Origin: Limisphaerales bacterium
GTDB taxonomy: Bacteria; Patescibacteriota; Microgenomatia; UBA1400; PJMF01
Length of the DNA stretch: 64,000 bases
Reading direction: 5' to 3'
NCBI GenBank assembly: GCA_044350895.1
Contig: JBILGT010000001.1
Span: 41,874-105,873, forward strand
The stretch's first letter is position 1; each line of letters begins with the position of its first letter. A program made the position numbers and the translations under genes. The notes below the pieces were generated by a model. It made no database searches. It saw only the letters and a list, made by a program, of their open reading frames with translations, and had not been told where the DNA came from. This document shows positions 1 through 8,629 of the stretch, piece by piece.

Positions 1-697
1 CATTGGTATCGACAGTGCGAAACGTAAATTTGGTAGTGTCGTTATTGAGTGGATCAAAATAGAGATCATCAGGATCCGCGCCATCGGCTGGGGTTGAATC
101 CTTTTTAATGGTGTATGAAAACGTCTCGAACAGTTTTAGTTCGTCTTGTTTCTCACTAGTCCCAATCATGACAGTCTGCTCAGGATTGAAACTGAGCTTA
201 ATCTCACCATCTTTTTTAGCTTTGAAGCGGAGTTCTAATACTGTAAAAGGATCGCTAGGAGCAGCTTGTGCTGCATTTTGTCTGGTGGCTACAAATGTAA
301 CTGTGTAACCGTGATCTACTTTATATAACTGAAGTTCTGAAAGCTCTAAGCCTGAAGCTTGGATAAATGTAGGAGCAAGTTCTTCGATAATATCGTTGCT
401 GATGACATCAAATTTGAGTTTAACTTTGGAATAGGGAAGACTGTTAGGATCTAGCTTGATAGAAATTTTACGGCTTGCTGAGCTTTCGATTGTTGCACCT
501 GGTCTAGGCTCAAATACAAGTTCACCAGTTCCATCTGCTACTAAAGCTCTTTTTCTCAAGTCTTGTGGCTCACTGAGCAAAATCTGACTAAATACAATTG
601 CCAGTCCACTAACAACAAGTAGAGTACCTGTGCCTACAAGTAATGACACCTTTGAGTCGGATAGTTTCTTAAAAATGTTTTCAGCGCCAAATAACAT
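1..697 (-). CDS. Membrane-anchored hypothetical protein with a cohesin-like beta-sandwich region; 3' end runs off the window
   Basis: Minus-strand reading frame is open from ATG (CAT at 695-697) to position 1; it is absent from the ORF track because no stop lies in the window. Read by eye, so the frame should be re-verified. N-terminal TM/signal anchor (SLLVGTGTLLVVSGLAIVF). The segment ISIKLDPNSLPYSKVKLKFDV...YTVTFVATRQN...FTVLELRFKAKKDGEIKLSF follows the hydrophobic periodicity of type-I cohesin domains. It sits directly upstream of, and co-directional with, a dockerin-bearing gene. Confidence 0.35.
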   Translation of the reverse strand, partial: MLFGAENIFKKLSDSKVSLLVGTGTLLVVSGLAIVFSQILLSEPQDLRKRALVADGTGELVFEPRPGATIESSASRKISIKLDPNSLPYSKVKLKFDVISNDIIEELAPTFIQASGLELSELQLYKVDHGYTVTFVATRQNAAQAAPSDPFTVLELRFKAKKDGEIKLSFNPEQTVMIGTSEKQDELKLFETFSYTIKKDSTPADGADPDDLYFDPLNNDTTKFTFRTVDTN

Positions 698-760
698 GAT
701 TACTTCATACTATATGAAATTTTTATACTTTTGTAGTAGTCATCCACACAGTTTCGTTTT

Positions 761-2917
761 CTAGATTGATTTACCAAAGTTTTCAATCACTTTATTGTAG
801 TCAAAAAGATCTACTGCACCATTCTGAATGATGTCTGCTGGGATAAAACCAGGGCTACCAGTTCTTCCAAAGTCGCCAATCAAAATATTGTAGTCAAAAA
901 TATCAACATCTCTGTCACCATCTAAATTGCCCAAAAGTACATCTGGAAGCGGAGAGGGGCTTGGTGAAGGTTCCGTTGATGCACTGGGCGTAGGTGTTGG
1001 TGGCGCTGTCACAGTAATGGTCAAGATTGGTGAGTTGTTGTTGGATTCATCCAACTCAGTAATTGTGTTATCAACATCTGTCTGAGCATACACTCTATAC
1101 ATTCCATCAGTAACAAATTTGTCAAAGATTGCAGTAAACTCAACCTCTTGGCCAGCGCTCATTGGCACACCTATTATGAAATCTTTCTTATCTATCACAT
1201 TTGAGCTTGAACCTGCCCCAGACAATGAGATTTTTTCAACTGAGATGACAGTTCTAAACGCTGCCGTCGGACGAGTTCCTATGTTTTTAAGCTTAATTGT
1301 CACGCTGACAGTTCCATTTACTGATATTTCGTTTCTATTCAGTGAAAACGTGTTGATAGTTACATCTGGTTTACCTTCTGGTGTAGGTGAAGGGGAGGGA
1401 GTTGGAGTAGCAATATCTGGCTTTATCCAACTTCTATATCCATTGTCGTCACCATCGAATATCCAGCCATTACCAATAAAGCTTACTGAACTGCGGGGAG
1501 TAGTGTAGGGAACAATACTGTCAGGCCCAATTTTCCAGCGTTTCCAATCACTACCAGTTGAAAAATTATACGTACATCGAGAATCAACGCAGGTGGGGTT
1601 AAGATATCGAATGTAGGAATTTCCAGATACTGTTTCAATGGCTATTTTTAGTTGGTGATAGCTGGGTGGGGCAGGAACCATTTCGATACTAATCGCACCA
1701 TTTGCGCCAGCTGTAATCTTGAAATTTGTAGGCTCTGACACAAATAAACCTCCGCCTTCTCGGAGAAGTCCATCAAGGTCATAAATCGCATCCCACCAGT
1801 TGCGAAGTTTTCTTCCTGCAAACACATGAGGATTCTCAGCACCAGGAATGTTTTGAAACCACCAGATTTTATATTCTCTACCACCATCAATTGGGCAACT
1901 TCCACCAGTCCAAGTTGAACAACTGATATTTGTTTTGGTGCCAGTTCGTTGAGGATTCCAGTCAAGGCAATCTGAACTTACGGCTTCAGTTCGATACCAG
2001 CCGTATTCCTCAACTCCATTTGGTGGTGTGTGAATCCAACCACAACCAGGATTAATAACTTTGTGTGATATATCACTGCCGACGAACTTCCCCCAAAATA
2101 ATAACTCAGGCCATTTTTCGGCAGGGAGCATATCTCTTCCATCCAGCCAGTTCATCACAGCTTCCATATGATGCCCATGATCCTCAAGTGCTTCACCAAC
2201 ACCGCGGGTGTAGTTGTAGTTAGAAAGAATATACGTATGTTCGCACTGGGGAAGATCATCAGTCCGCTCACTATTACTAATGTCACCATAGGTTCCGTGA
2301 GTAAAGAAATCTTTGGATAATCTTCCCATCGACATGTTTGATTCAACTGGTTCAATTTCCCCATGATGGTAGCCCCAGACCCAGACTTGCTTAACACCTT
2401 GGTTATCAACCAAATTACAGATATTAATGTCATCGAGCATTTTGCGATAGTTGGGGCGATAGGTGTGATGTTCTTGATTTAATATGACGTCTGATCGAGG
2501 TATTGGCGCAATGTATTCATAGGTATTGCCATGTTGAATGTAGTGCAGTGATGGCTGGCGCATGGGTTGGTTGTATCCTTGCCACTTGGTGCTCATAGTG
2601 AGATCGGTCAAGATTTGAGCAGTAAAATCATTTACCCGATTGCGGAGTTGCTCAATTGTTTGTCCCTCTAGAGATGGTCCAGCAATATTGTGATCAACAT
2701 AGCCGGGTCGACTGGCAAGTTCGGGAAAGTATTGGATAACAATGACTGGCAAATCTCGATACATCTCAGGTTGTGTACTTGCAAATCTACGAGTATCTTG
2801 CGATTCTCCAAGATAGGTGCGAGAAAAATACACACTAAAAGCACCGATAAGTATCAAAAAAATGAGTCCAACTATTGAACTGATGTAAACTGCTTTTCTT
2901 GATGAGAAAAAAGACAT
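761..2917 (-). CDS. Large secreted or membrane-anchored protein with a CARDB-like middle domain, Pro/Thr/Ser linkers and a C-terminal type-I dockerin; catalytic part unidentified
   Basis: N-terminal TM (IVGLIFLILIGAFSVYF). PTPSPSPTPEG and PTPTPSASTEPSPSPSP linkers. The C-terminus GNLDGDRDVDIFDYNILIGDFG ... ADIIQNGAVDLFDYNKVIENFG is a duplicated Ca-binding dockerin segment (D-x-D-x-D...D-x-x-x-L-I-x-x-F-G). Confidence 0.55.
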   Translation of the reverse strand: MSFFSSRKAVYISSIVGLIFLILIGAFSVYFSRTYLGESQDTRRFASTQPEMYRDLPVIVIQYFPELASRPGYVDHNIAGPSLEGQTIEQLRNRVNDFTAQILTDLTMSTKWQGYNQPMRQPSLHYIQHGNTYEYIAPIPRSDVILNQEHHTYRPNYRKMLDDINICNLVDNQGVKQVWVWGYHHGEIEPVESNMSMGRLSKDFFTHGTYGDISNSERTDDLPQCEHTYILSNYNYTRGVGEALEDHGHHMEAVMNWLDGRDMLPAEKWPELLFWGKFVGSDISHKVINPGCGWIHTPPNGVEEYGWYRTEAVSSDCLDWNPQRTGTKTNISCSTWTGGSCPIDGGREYKIWWFQNIPGAENPHVFAGRKLRNWWDAIYDLDGLLREGGGLFVSEPTNFKITAGANGAISIEMVPAPPSYHQLKIAIETVSGNSYIRYLNPTCVDSRCTYNFSTGSDWKRWKIGPDSIVPYTTPRSSVSFIGNGWIFDGDDNGYRSWIKPDIATPTPSPSPTPEGKPDVTINTFSLNRNEISVNGTVSVTIKLKNIGTRPTAAFRTVISVEKISLSGAGSSSNVIDKKDFIIGVPMSAGQEVEFTAIFDKFVTDGMYRVYAQTDVDNTITELDESNNNSPILTITVTAPPTPTPSASTEPSPSPSPLPDVLLGNLDGDRDVDIFDYNILIGDFGRTGSPGFIPADIIQNGAVDLFDYNKVIENFGKSI

Positions 2918-3087
2918 CGTGTATATATAATATAGGAATACTGCGGCAGGGTATAGTTAGCAGTTCTTACACATTTTTGAACTTGTAACTCCAGTTCTGA
3001 GGTATACTATAGTAAGATAAAATCACACGTATGTGTACTTAAGTACAAAGTAGGTGGGTAGCTATAACTACCTGAACGGAGACGATC

Positions 3088-3978
3088 ATGACTAGTGAGA
3101 AAAAAGTCCGCAAAGCGATTATCACTGATGCGGGATTCGCAAGTCGATATTTACCTATTACAAAAACAGTTCCTAAAGCAATGCTTCCATTAGGAAATAA
3201 GCCAATTATGCAGCTCGTCGTTGAAGAGTGTGCAGAAGCCGGAATTGAGGAAATTATTATTGTGGCTACTCCAGAAGGTAAGCCAATTTACGAAGATTAC
3301 TTCCACAATAGTGTCATTCGTATTAAGAAACAACTTGAGTCACAAGGCAAATTAGATCGATATGAGCCAGTTCAAGAAGTTTTAGATTTTCCAAAAATCG
3401 TAGTCATTACGCAAGATCCAAGTCTTCCATATGGTAATGGATCCCCAGTTGCTTCAGCAATGAAGTTTGTAGAAGGTGAAGAGGCATTCTTAGTGCTCTA
3501 CAGTGACGACATTGTTTTCGGTAATCCAGGCGATGCAAAGGCAATGGTTGAGCTGTATGAACAGCATCCTGAATCTGCTGCCATCATCATGGCTCAAGAA
3601 GTCAGCCCAGATGTAGTTGATAAATATGGAATTATCAGTTTCAAAGCTGGTTCCGAGACAGAACTCGATAATATTATCGAGAAACCAGACAAGGGAACAG
3701 CTCCATCAAACTTAGCTTCCTATGGTCGCTACTTACTCAAGCCATCTGTATTTGAATTTTTAAATCCTTCAAATACTGGTAAAGATAGTGAGCTGTGGAC
3801 AGTTGACGCTATTACACAAATTGCAAAAAGTAAGCCAGTGCTTGTTGAAAAAACCAAAGGTTTTTGGATGACAACTGGTGATCCAGAAAACTATTTCCGT
3901 GCACATCTGAAGTTTGTGATGGAGTATGAGAAGTATGCAGGAAAACTTGCTGCATGGGTCCAAGAGTTCACAAAGTAA
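3088..3978 (+). CDS. galU: UTP--glucose-1-phosphate uridylyltransferase
   Basis: LPITKTVPKAMLPLGNKPIMQLVVEEC, GTAPSNLASYGRYLL and TGDPENYFRAHLKFVMEY match GalU motifs. The Gly-rich loop is divergent (GFASRY instead of GLGTRF). Confidence 0.8.
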   Translation: MTSEKKVRKAIITDAGFASRYLPITKTVPKAMLPLGNKPIMQLVVEECAEAGIEEIIIVATPEGKPIYEDYFHNSVIRIKKQLESQGKLDRYEPVQEVLDFPKIVVITQDPSLPYGNGSPVASAMKFVEGEEAFLVLYSDDIVFGNPGDAKAMVELYEQHPESAAIIMAQEVSPDVVDKYGIISFKAGSETELDNIIEKPDKGTAPSNLASYGRYLLKPSVFEFLNPSNTGKDSELWTVDAITQIAKSKPVLVEKTKGFWMTTGDPENYFRAHLKFVMEYEKYAGKLAAWVQEFTK

Positions 3979-4044
3979 GAGATCTGTAAAAGCATAGTCT
4001 GAGATAGTTTTGAGTGGTATACTAGTAGCAGAAAATAGCTCTTT

Positions 4045-4192
4045 AAAACAGCCGTGCGTGAGAGGTGCAAAGAATTTTCCTCAACACTTCGCAAACGGGT
4101 TCATGGGTTGTTCGGTCCTACCGTGGTAGTCCGACGTCCTACCCACTTTTTCTTTTTGCGGGGAATACGTGCCTCTCACGCTCGGCTGTTTT
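4045..4192 (+). repeat. Near-perfect 22-bp inverted repeat (AAAACAGCCGTGCGTGAGAGG / CCTCTCACGCTCGGCTGTTTT) enclosing about 97 nt with nested sub-stems; candidate structured RNA (6S-like) or MITE-like element
   Basis: Left arm at 4045-4066 pairs with the reverse complement of the right arm at 4171-4192 with one mismatch. Internal pairing cgcaaa(4090-4095)/tttgcg(4155-4160) and gggt/accc gives an asymmetric internal bubble. A short T-run follows. It lies between galU and the tRNA cluster. Confidence 0.3.
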
Positions 4193-4249
4193 AATAATTC
4201 TCGTGCAAAAATTTCAATTTCTAGGGTAAAATATCTCAGTTGTATAAGT

Positions 4250-4321
4250 GCCCAGATAGTTCAGTGGCAGAACGCTTTCTTGGTAAGAAAGAGGTCGCGA
4301 GTCCGATTCTCGCTCTGGGCT
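4250..4321 (+). tRNA. tRNA-Thr (anticodon GGT)
   Basis: Cloverleaf: acceptor GCCCAGA/TCTGGGC, D-arm GTTC-AGTGGCA-GAAC, anticodon stem CTTTC/GAAAG with loop TTGGTAA, T-arm GCGAG-TCCGATT-CTCGC. CCA is not encoded. Confidence 0.8.
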
Positions 4322-4390
4322 CACCTAAAAAACAAGTTCGTAATTAAAATCTACCAGGATCTCACTTTTCTTGATACAATACATCTTCAT

Positions 4391-4473
4391 GCCAGGTTAC
4401 CCAAGTGGCCAACGGGGGCAGACTGTAAATCTGCTGGCGTACGCCTTCGTAGGTTCGAATCCTTCACCTGGCA
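4391..4473 (+). tRNA. tRNA-Tyr (anticodon GTA), long variable arm
   Basis: GCCAGGT...GCAGACTGTAAATCTGC...GTAGGTTCGAATCCTTC ACCTGGC A. Closely resembles canonical bacterial tRNA-Tyr, including the long extra arm. Confidence 0.9.
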
Positions 4474-4538
4474 CAGAACATTGCACTATTGGTTTATGCA
4501 GTGTACTGTACGACATATTGCTATAATAAAAACCAAAT

Positions 4539-4610
4539 GCCGGGATAGCTCAGCGGTAGAGCACCTGTTTTGTAAACAGGGGGTCCAGGGTTCGAATCCC
4601 TGTCTCGGCT
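4539..4610 (+). tRNA. tRNA-Thr (anticodon TGT)
   Basis: Acceptor GCCGGGA/TCTCGGC, D-arm GCTC-AGCGGTA-GAGC, anticodon stem CCTGT/ACAGG with loop TTTGTAA, T-arm CAGGG-TTCGAAT-CCCTG. Confidence 0.85.
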
Positions 4611-4614
4611 CATA

Positions 4615-4905
4615 ATGAATATTTTAGAGAGTGAACTACTAATAGTAATTTCTTTCATTATAAATCTTTTCCTGAGTGTAGCGCTCATTTTTAAAGCAAA
4701 AAAAACTGGAAAAACCAAACAAGCTGTGATTGGGGCTGGTATAGGTTTTATTACTGCAATTGGGCTTATTTTTGCTGGGATGGTAGTGGTATTTATTTCG
4801 ATGCTCCTAGTGGAATACTCAATTGAAACTGCTTTAAGTCTTTTGATGTCGATAGCTCTGTTGGCAATGCCTACAGGAGTGTTTATTGCGAGCAAAGTGA
4901 AGTAG
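4615..4905 (+). CDS. Small integral membrane protein (2-3 TM), hypothetical
   Basis: ORF begins 5 nt after the tRNA. Hydrophobic helices (LLIVISFIINLFLSVALIF; AVIGAGIGFITAIGLIFAGMVVVFI). AT-rich. Confidence 0.4.
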   Translation: MNILESELLIVISFIINLFLSVALIFKAKKTGKTKQAVIGAGIGFITAIGLIFAGMVVVFISMLLVEYSIETALSLLMSIALLAMPTGVFIASKVK

Positions 4906-4933
4906 GTTATAATTCGGTTTTTGAAAGGAAAAT

Positions 4934-5479
4934 ATGACACATGAAGTTACTAACTATTATGAGGAAATTAGAAAAGTGCGAACTGAGGCAATTAATGGTC
5001 AAAAGCTAGCTGACTTAATTGCAATTTTTCACCAAACAGGAATGACCGAAGAATTGGCTAAACATCTAATAGATTTGGCTGGTGAAAACAGTTGGCCATG
5101 TCTCAGCGGTGACCTTGAATTAATGAAAAAGAAAAAAGGACCCTATTACACAGGAGCAGAGTTGGCAGAGATGGGGCATGCCTTTAAAGGCATGGATCTC
5201 GCAATGATGTATGAATTGCAAAGACAATCCGCATCCCCTCAAGAAGCTCTATTGCCTCTAGTCCAATCGCTTGCTTTCAAGGATAGATATGATAGTTACA
5301 GAGAAGTACCCTCAGAAGAAGTGGTAGCAGTTCTTGCACAGGTATATAGTGTACTTTTTCCGCCAGCAGAAGATGATGATTTACTTCCGCTAGATGACTA
5401 TACTGGACCTCATCCACGTCCGTATGTTACTGCTAAACAAGAATTCCAACCTTCGCTTGAAGATCTTGTGATAAAGTAG
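4934..5479 (+). CDS. Hypothetical protein
   Basis: 181-aa ORF with no recognisable motif. AT-rich segment after the tRNA cluster. Confidence 0.4.
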   Translation: MTHEVTNYYEEIRKVRTEAINGQKLADLIAIFHQTGMTEELAKHLIDLAGENSWPCLSGDLELMKKKKGPYYTGAELAEMGHAFKGMDLAMMYELQRQSASPQEALLPLVQSLAFKDRYDSYREVPSEEVVAVLAQVYSVLFPPAEDDDLLPLDDYTGPHPRPYVTAKQEFQPSLEDLVIK

Positions 5480-5583
5480 CTTGCTACAAGCAAATAGTCG
5501 AGTTACGACTGATAATCAGGTGTGGAAAAAAGCTAAGTAGTCCTGTATACTACATCTCTTGAGTTTCGCAAAAAGGAACATAT

Positions 5584-5787
5584 ATGGCAAAAAAGAAAAA
5601 AGGACCACGCCAATCTGCTGGTTTAAAGTGCAAAAAATGTGGTGCATTCGGTTATATTACTGAATACAACAAGTTGAATGATCAATTAAAGAAACAACAG
5701 GACGGCAAGGGAGCATTCCCATTGAGTAAGTACTGTGCAGTTTGTCAAACACATGAAGAGCATGTGATGTCAAAGAAACTCAAATAA
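5584..5787 (+). CDS. rpmG: Zinc-ribbon 50S ribosomal protein L33-like
   Basis: 67 aa, Lys-rich. Four Cys as CKKCG...CAVCQ, followed by HEEHV..KK, consistent with the C4 type of L33. A strong intrinsic terminator follows. The call is tentative because the sequence is divergent. Confidence 0.45.
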   Translation: MAKKKKGPRQSAGLKCKKCGAFGYITEYNKLNDQLKKQQDGKGAFPLSKYCAVCQTHEEHVMSKKLK

Positions 5788-5811
5788 TAATTGGGTATAC
5801 ATTTGAAATCG

Positions 5812-5838
5812 AAAACCTCCCACCCGGGAGGTTTTTTA
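5812..5838 (+). terminator. Rho-independent terminator (CCTCCC-ACCC-GGGAGG + TTTTTT)
   Basis: A perfect 6-bp GC-rich hairpin followed by a T6 run, directly after the rpmG-like ORF. Confidence 0.8.
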
Positions 5839-6070
5839 GTACGTGCTGTTATTGGGATATGATGCAGATAAAAGGCGAAGCTAATTTATATGTCTTTGGA
5901 CGAAAAATAAAATAATTATAAAACTTCATGAGTCAATGTAAAATAATTTTGAGAAGTGTTTATTTACTCTTTAAATTGATTGTAGTGGGGGACTAACAGG
6001 AGAATTTCTTGAAATGTTAGTGCAAGGAAAGTGCACGCGTATTTGGAAAATATTCGGTCTGACTGTATGT

Positions 6071-7393
6071 CTATTCTGCCGAGAAAGCTCTGTAGGCTTT
6101 AATAATGTTCTTAGTGCCATTCAGGTACAGCTTATCGATTTGAGCTGCGGCATTCATGGCTTGTTCTACCCAAGACTGTGACTTGTGCTGTGCGCTCATC
6201 AAGACTTCCAGTTGCGCAACGATGTTTTCAGAGGCTGCTTTACGGCTGATTCCCTTTTGTTCAAAGATCTTTCTAATATTCTGTTCCCATTCGCCCCACT
6301 CGGAGAGGGTGAGGAGGAAAGAACCCGAAGCTGCCGCGTCATATGCCATATCGCCAGAAGGCTTAGTCATGAATCCATGTGCCCATGGAAAGGCAAATTT
6401 TACCAAATACTCATTGGCATCAACGATTTGAGGATGATAGATGAGGCGTAACTTGGCGGTGTGATCTGAAATTTTCTCAATGGGAACTCTATGCTCAGCA
6501 GCTAGTTCCCGCACCATATCAGCAATGTCCTTATGAGTGGCTGCATAGACGATGATTTGGAATGGACTGGGGCGTTTGCGAAGTTGTGGGAGGAGTTGAG
6601 TGAGAATCTGTCTAATTTCTCCCTTGTTAGTGCCTAGACCGCCAGTGGTAATACAGAGCCGGAGTGGGCCAGAGCGCCATGCATATTTTTTGCTGCGACT
6701 CGCAATGATGCGTGGATCTATAGGAGGGCCAGTCACTATGACACGTTCAGGATCTGCAGTTTTTCCAAGGAGTGCAGCCTTTTCTAGAAATTCCAATTTA
6801 GTATCTTCGTCAAAAACTCCAAAGCGTATCTGCTTTTTTTCAGCGTTGGTAACATACTCATCTCGGACATGCGGATCTGTGATCATTTGGAAGACTTTTT
6901 TACCTTGCATCGATAAAATATTGCCCGCAGCAATATGGAATGAAAGGATGGGTTGTTGAATTTTCTGCGTGAGGTAGGTGAGTGGCGGTGTGATGCTTCC
7001 TAGAATAGGCAACTTCTTTCTCCCAAATGTATCTACAAAGTCTTTAAGTAACTTAAGTAATGGGTGGCGAGCAATTTCTTTGCCAATCTCTTCGGTGAGA
7101 GAAACTGAGAACCAATCTTTGTAGGAAACGTAGTTGGTGGGATCTACAACCCAGGCTTTTTTGGAATCTAACGTATTTCCCCAGGCTTGCACCGCAACAC
7201 CCAGCGCCATTGAGTAGTGGGCGCGAGAGAAGACAGTATCACGGGATGTGTTGTTGTCTGGTAAACCATGCAAGCGCTTTAAATCCTCCCTAAAGGTGGC
7301 TGAAACAGTGAGAATGGGTATCTCTGTCGTTTCCAAAATTTGCTTGTCTTTTTCGAGGGTCTTTACAAGGGCAAGGTCAAAAAGTTCTGGCAT
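6071..7393 (-). CDS. GT-B glycosyltransferase of the MGDG synthase/UgtP (GT28) family, likely diacylglycerol glycosyltransferase
   Basis: ITTGGLGTNKG (MurG/UgtP Gly-rich loop). MTKPSGDMAYDAAASG resembles UgtP ITKPGGITxxEA. Confidence 0.55.
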   Translation of the reverse strand: MPELFDLALVKTLEKDKQILETTEIPILTVSATFREDLKRLHGLPDNNTSRDTVFSRAHYSMALGVAVQAWGNTLDSKKAWVVDPTNYVSYKDWFSVSLTEEIGKEIARHPLLKLLKDFVDTFGRKKLPILGSITPPLTYLTQKIQQPILSFHIAAGNILSMQGKKVFQMITDPHVRDEYVTNAEKKQIRFGVFDEDTKLEFLEKAALLGKTADPERVIVTGPPIDPRIIASRSKKYAWRSGPLRLCITTGGLGTNKGEIRQILTQLLPQLRKRPSPFQIIVYAATHKDIADMVRELAAEHRVPIEKISDHTAKLRLIYHPQIVDANEYLVKFAFPWAHGFMTKPSGDMAYDAAASGSFLLTLSEWGEWEQNIRKIFEQKGISRKAASENIVAQLEVLMSAQHKSQSWVEQAMNAAAQIDKLYLNGTKNIIKAYRAFSAE

Positions 7394-7439
7394 ACACTCA
7401 GCATACAGTCAACGTTATACCCACGTAAAGGAGCGGCAG

Positions 7440-7760
7440 CTATTGTCTAGGCTCATCAGCTTGTGCAGGAGTTTCTTCAAATCCGTGTCCGCGAGTTGGC
7501 GCAGTCATGCGGTATGCTTGATAGTCTGGAGCATTCGCAGTCACATCACCTTTTGATTGTGGCTCGCTGAGTCCGTGTCCACGAGTAGGTGCAGTCACGC
7601 GTTCTGTGGGAAGACCAGCCTCTTGAAGAGCTGCAAGAATGTCTCCGATTGTAAGGTTATCTCCGAATGCTTCTAATGCCTTAAGGAAATTTGATTTATC
7701 GATCACTGGTGCATCATCTGCAGTTTGTTTGATAGGCTCTACTTGAGGTATTTCTGACAT
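7440..7760 (-). CDS. Hypothetical protein with tandem TAPTRGHG repeats
   Basis: Likely start is MSEIPQ (CAT at 7758-7760), preceded by an AAAGGA RBS. The ORF track extends to 7859. C-terminal duplication: RVTAPTRGHGLSEP / RMTAPTRGHGFEET. Confidence 0.45.
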   Translation of the reverse strand: MSEIPQVEPIKQTADDAPVIDKSNFLKALEAFGDNLTIGDILAALQEAGLPTERVTAPTRGHGLSEPQSKGDVTANAPDYQAYRMTAPTRGHGFEETPAQADEPRQ

Positions 7761-7897
7761 GCATATTCCTTTAATGTATAAGTAATACTTTTCACTATAT
7801 TTCTTTACATTTCCCATGTCTACAAGTAAATCTTCAATTTGCCAGGCAGCGTTAGTCACTCTATAATACGTCAGCTCATATTAAGCTCAAAGAACGT

Positions 7898-7968
7898 AGG
7901 GCCGTAGTTCAACGGTAGAATAGAGGTCTCCAAAACCTTTGACGAAGGTTCGATTCCTTCCGGCCCTG
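7898..7968 (+). tRNA. tRNA-Trp (anticodon CCA)
   Basis: AGGGCCG TA GTTC AACGGTA GAAT A GAGGT CTCCAAA ACCTT TGACG GAAGG TTCGATT CCTTC CGGCCCT G. Strongly resembles bacterial tRNA-Trp. Confidence 0.9.
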
Positions 7969-8007
7969 CAAAGTATTTATCCAGATCAAGTTTAGATTGG
8001 TAAATGT

Positions 8008-8565
8008 ATGATTGAAATTTTTAACAATCAGTGGATAGTAGGATTGGGTGTAACTGTAATAGGTGGACTTGTCTTATATTATGTATTTGGTATCGGAAAA
8101 AAAGAAGAACCATCAAAAGTTTCTAAAAAGTCCCTAGATAAAAAAGTAGCACGCATTCATAATTCTGTATTGACGGCCGGTGGAGATATTCTTGTCGCCT
8201 CTAGTGTTTATAAGAATGATGATGTAAAGAAAAAAAAGAGAATTAAAATTATTGATCCTGAAACAATAGTTGAGAATATTCGTAAAAGCAAACCTTTTTT
8301 GGTCGATCAAGTCACTGAGTCATATAAAGGAATCAGAGTAAAGTGGAAGCTAAAGTTTTTATACATTAAGAATATTTCAGAAGATATGTGGAGAATTACT
8401 GCAAATTCGAATAAAGGTTTCGAAATGATAATGTTCAAAATAAATTTAGATGAACATCCGGAATTTAAAAGTATGGATAAAGGAGAAGAATTTCAGGTAG
8501 AAGGAGTAATTAAGGAAATAGATTATATAAAAATTATCCACCTTGATGATTGCGAAGTGTTTTGA
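8008..8565 (+). CDS. Hypothetical membrane-anchored protein in an AT-rich islet
   Basis: N-terminal TM (WIVGLGVTVIGGLVLYYVFGI). About 28-30% GC versus about 45-55% in flanking genes. Confidence 0.4.
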   Translation: MIEIFNNQWIVGLGVTVIGGLVLYYVFGIGKKEEPSKVSKKSLDKKVARIHNSVLTAGGDILVASSVYKNDDVKKKKRIKIIDPETIVENIRKSKPFLVDQVTESYKGIRVKWKLKFLYIKNISEDMWRITANSNKGFEMIMFKINLDEHPEFKSMDKGEEFQVEGVIKEIDYIKIIHLDDCEVF

Positions 8566-8629
8566 GTTAAATAGGTTTCGATTGCCTCTGACAGTCACAT
8601 TTCTTAGATAAATTTGGTATCATGCAGAC

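Noticed and set aside
4169-4940. ORF-track entries 4169-4615 (+, 148 aa) and 4521-4940 (-, 139 aa) spanning the tRNA cluster
   Set aside because: They are translations through three intact tRNA genes and their spacers. There is no coding signature, and the tRNAs explain the conservation of the sequence.
5584-5787. Alternative identity of the 67-aa Cys4 protein as L28, L36 or a generic zinc-ribbon protein
   Set aside because: L28 is clearly encoded at 19544-19759. The length, the Lys-rich termini and the C-terminal H..H..KK tail fit L33 best. The call is kept at modest confidence rather than rejected outright.
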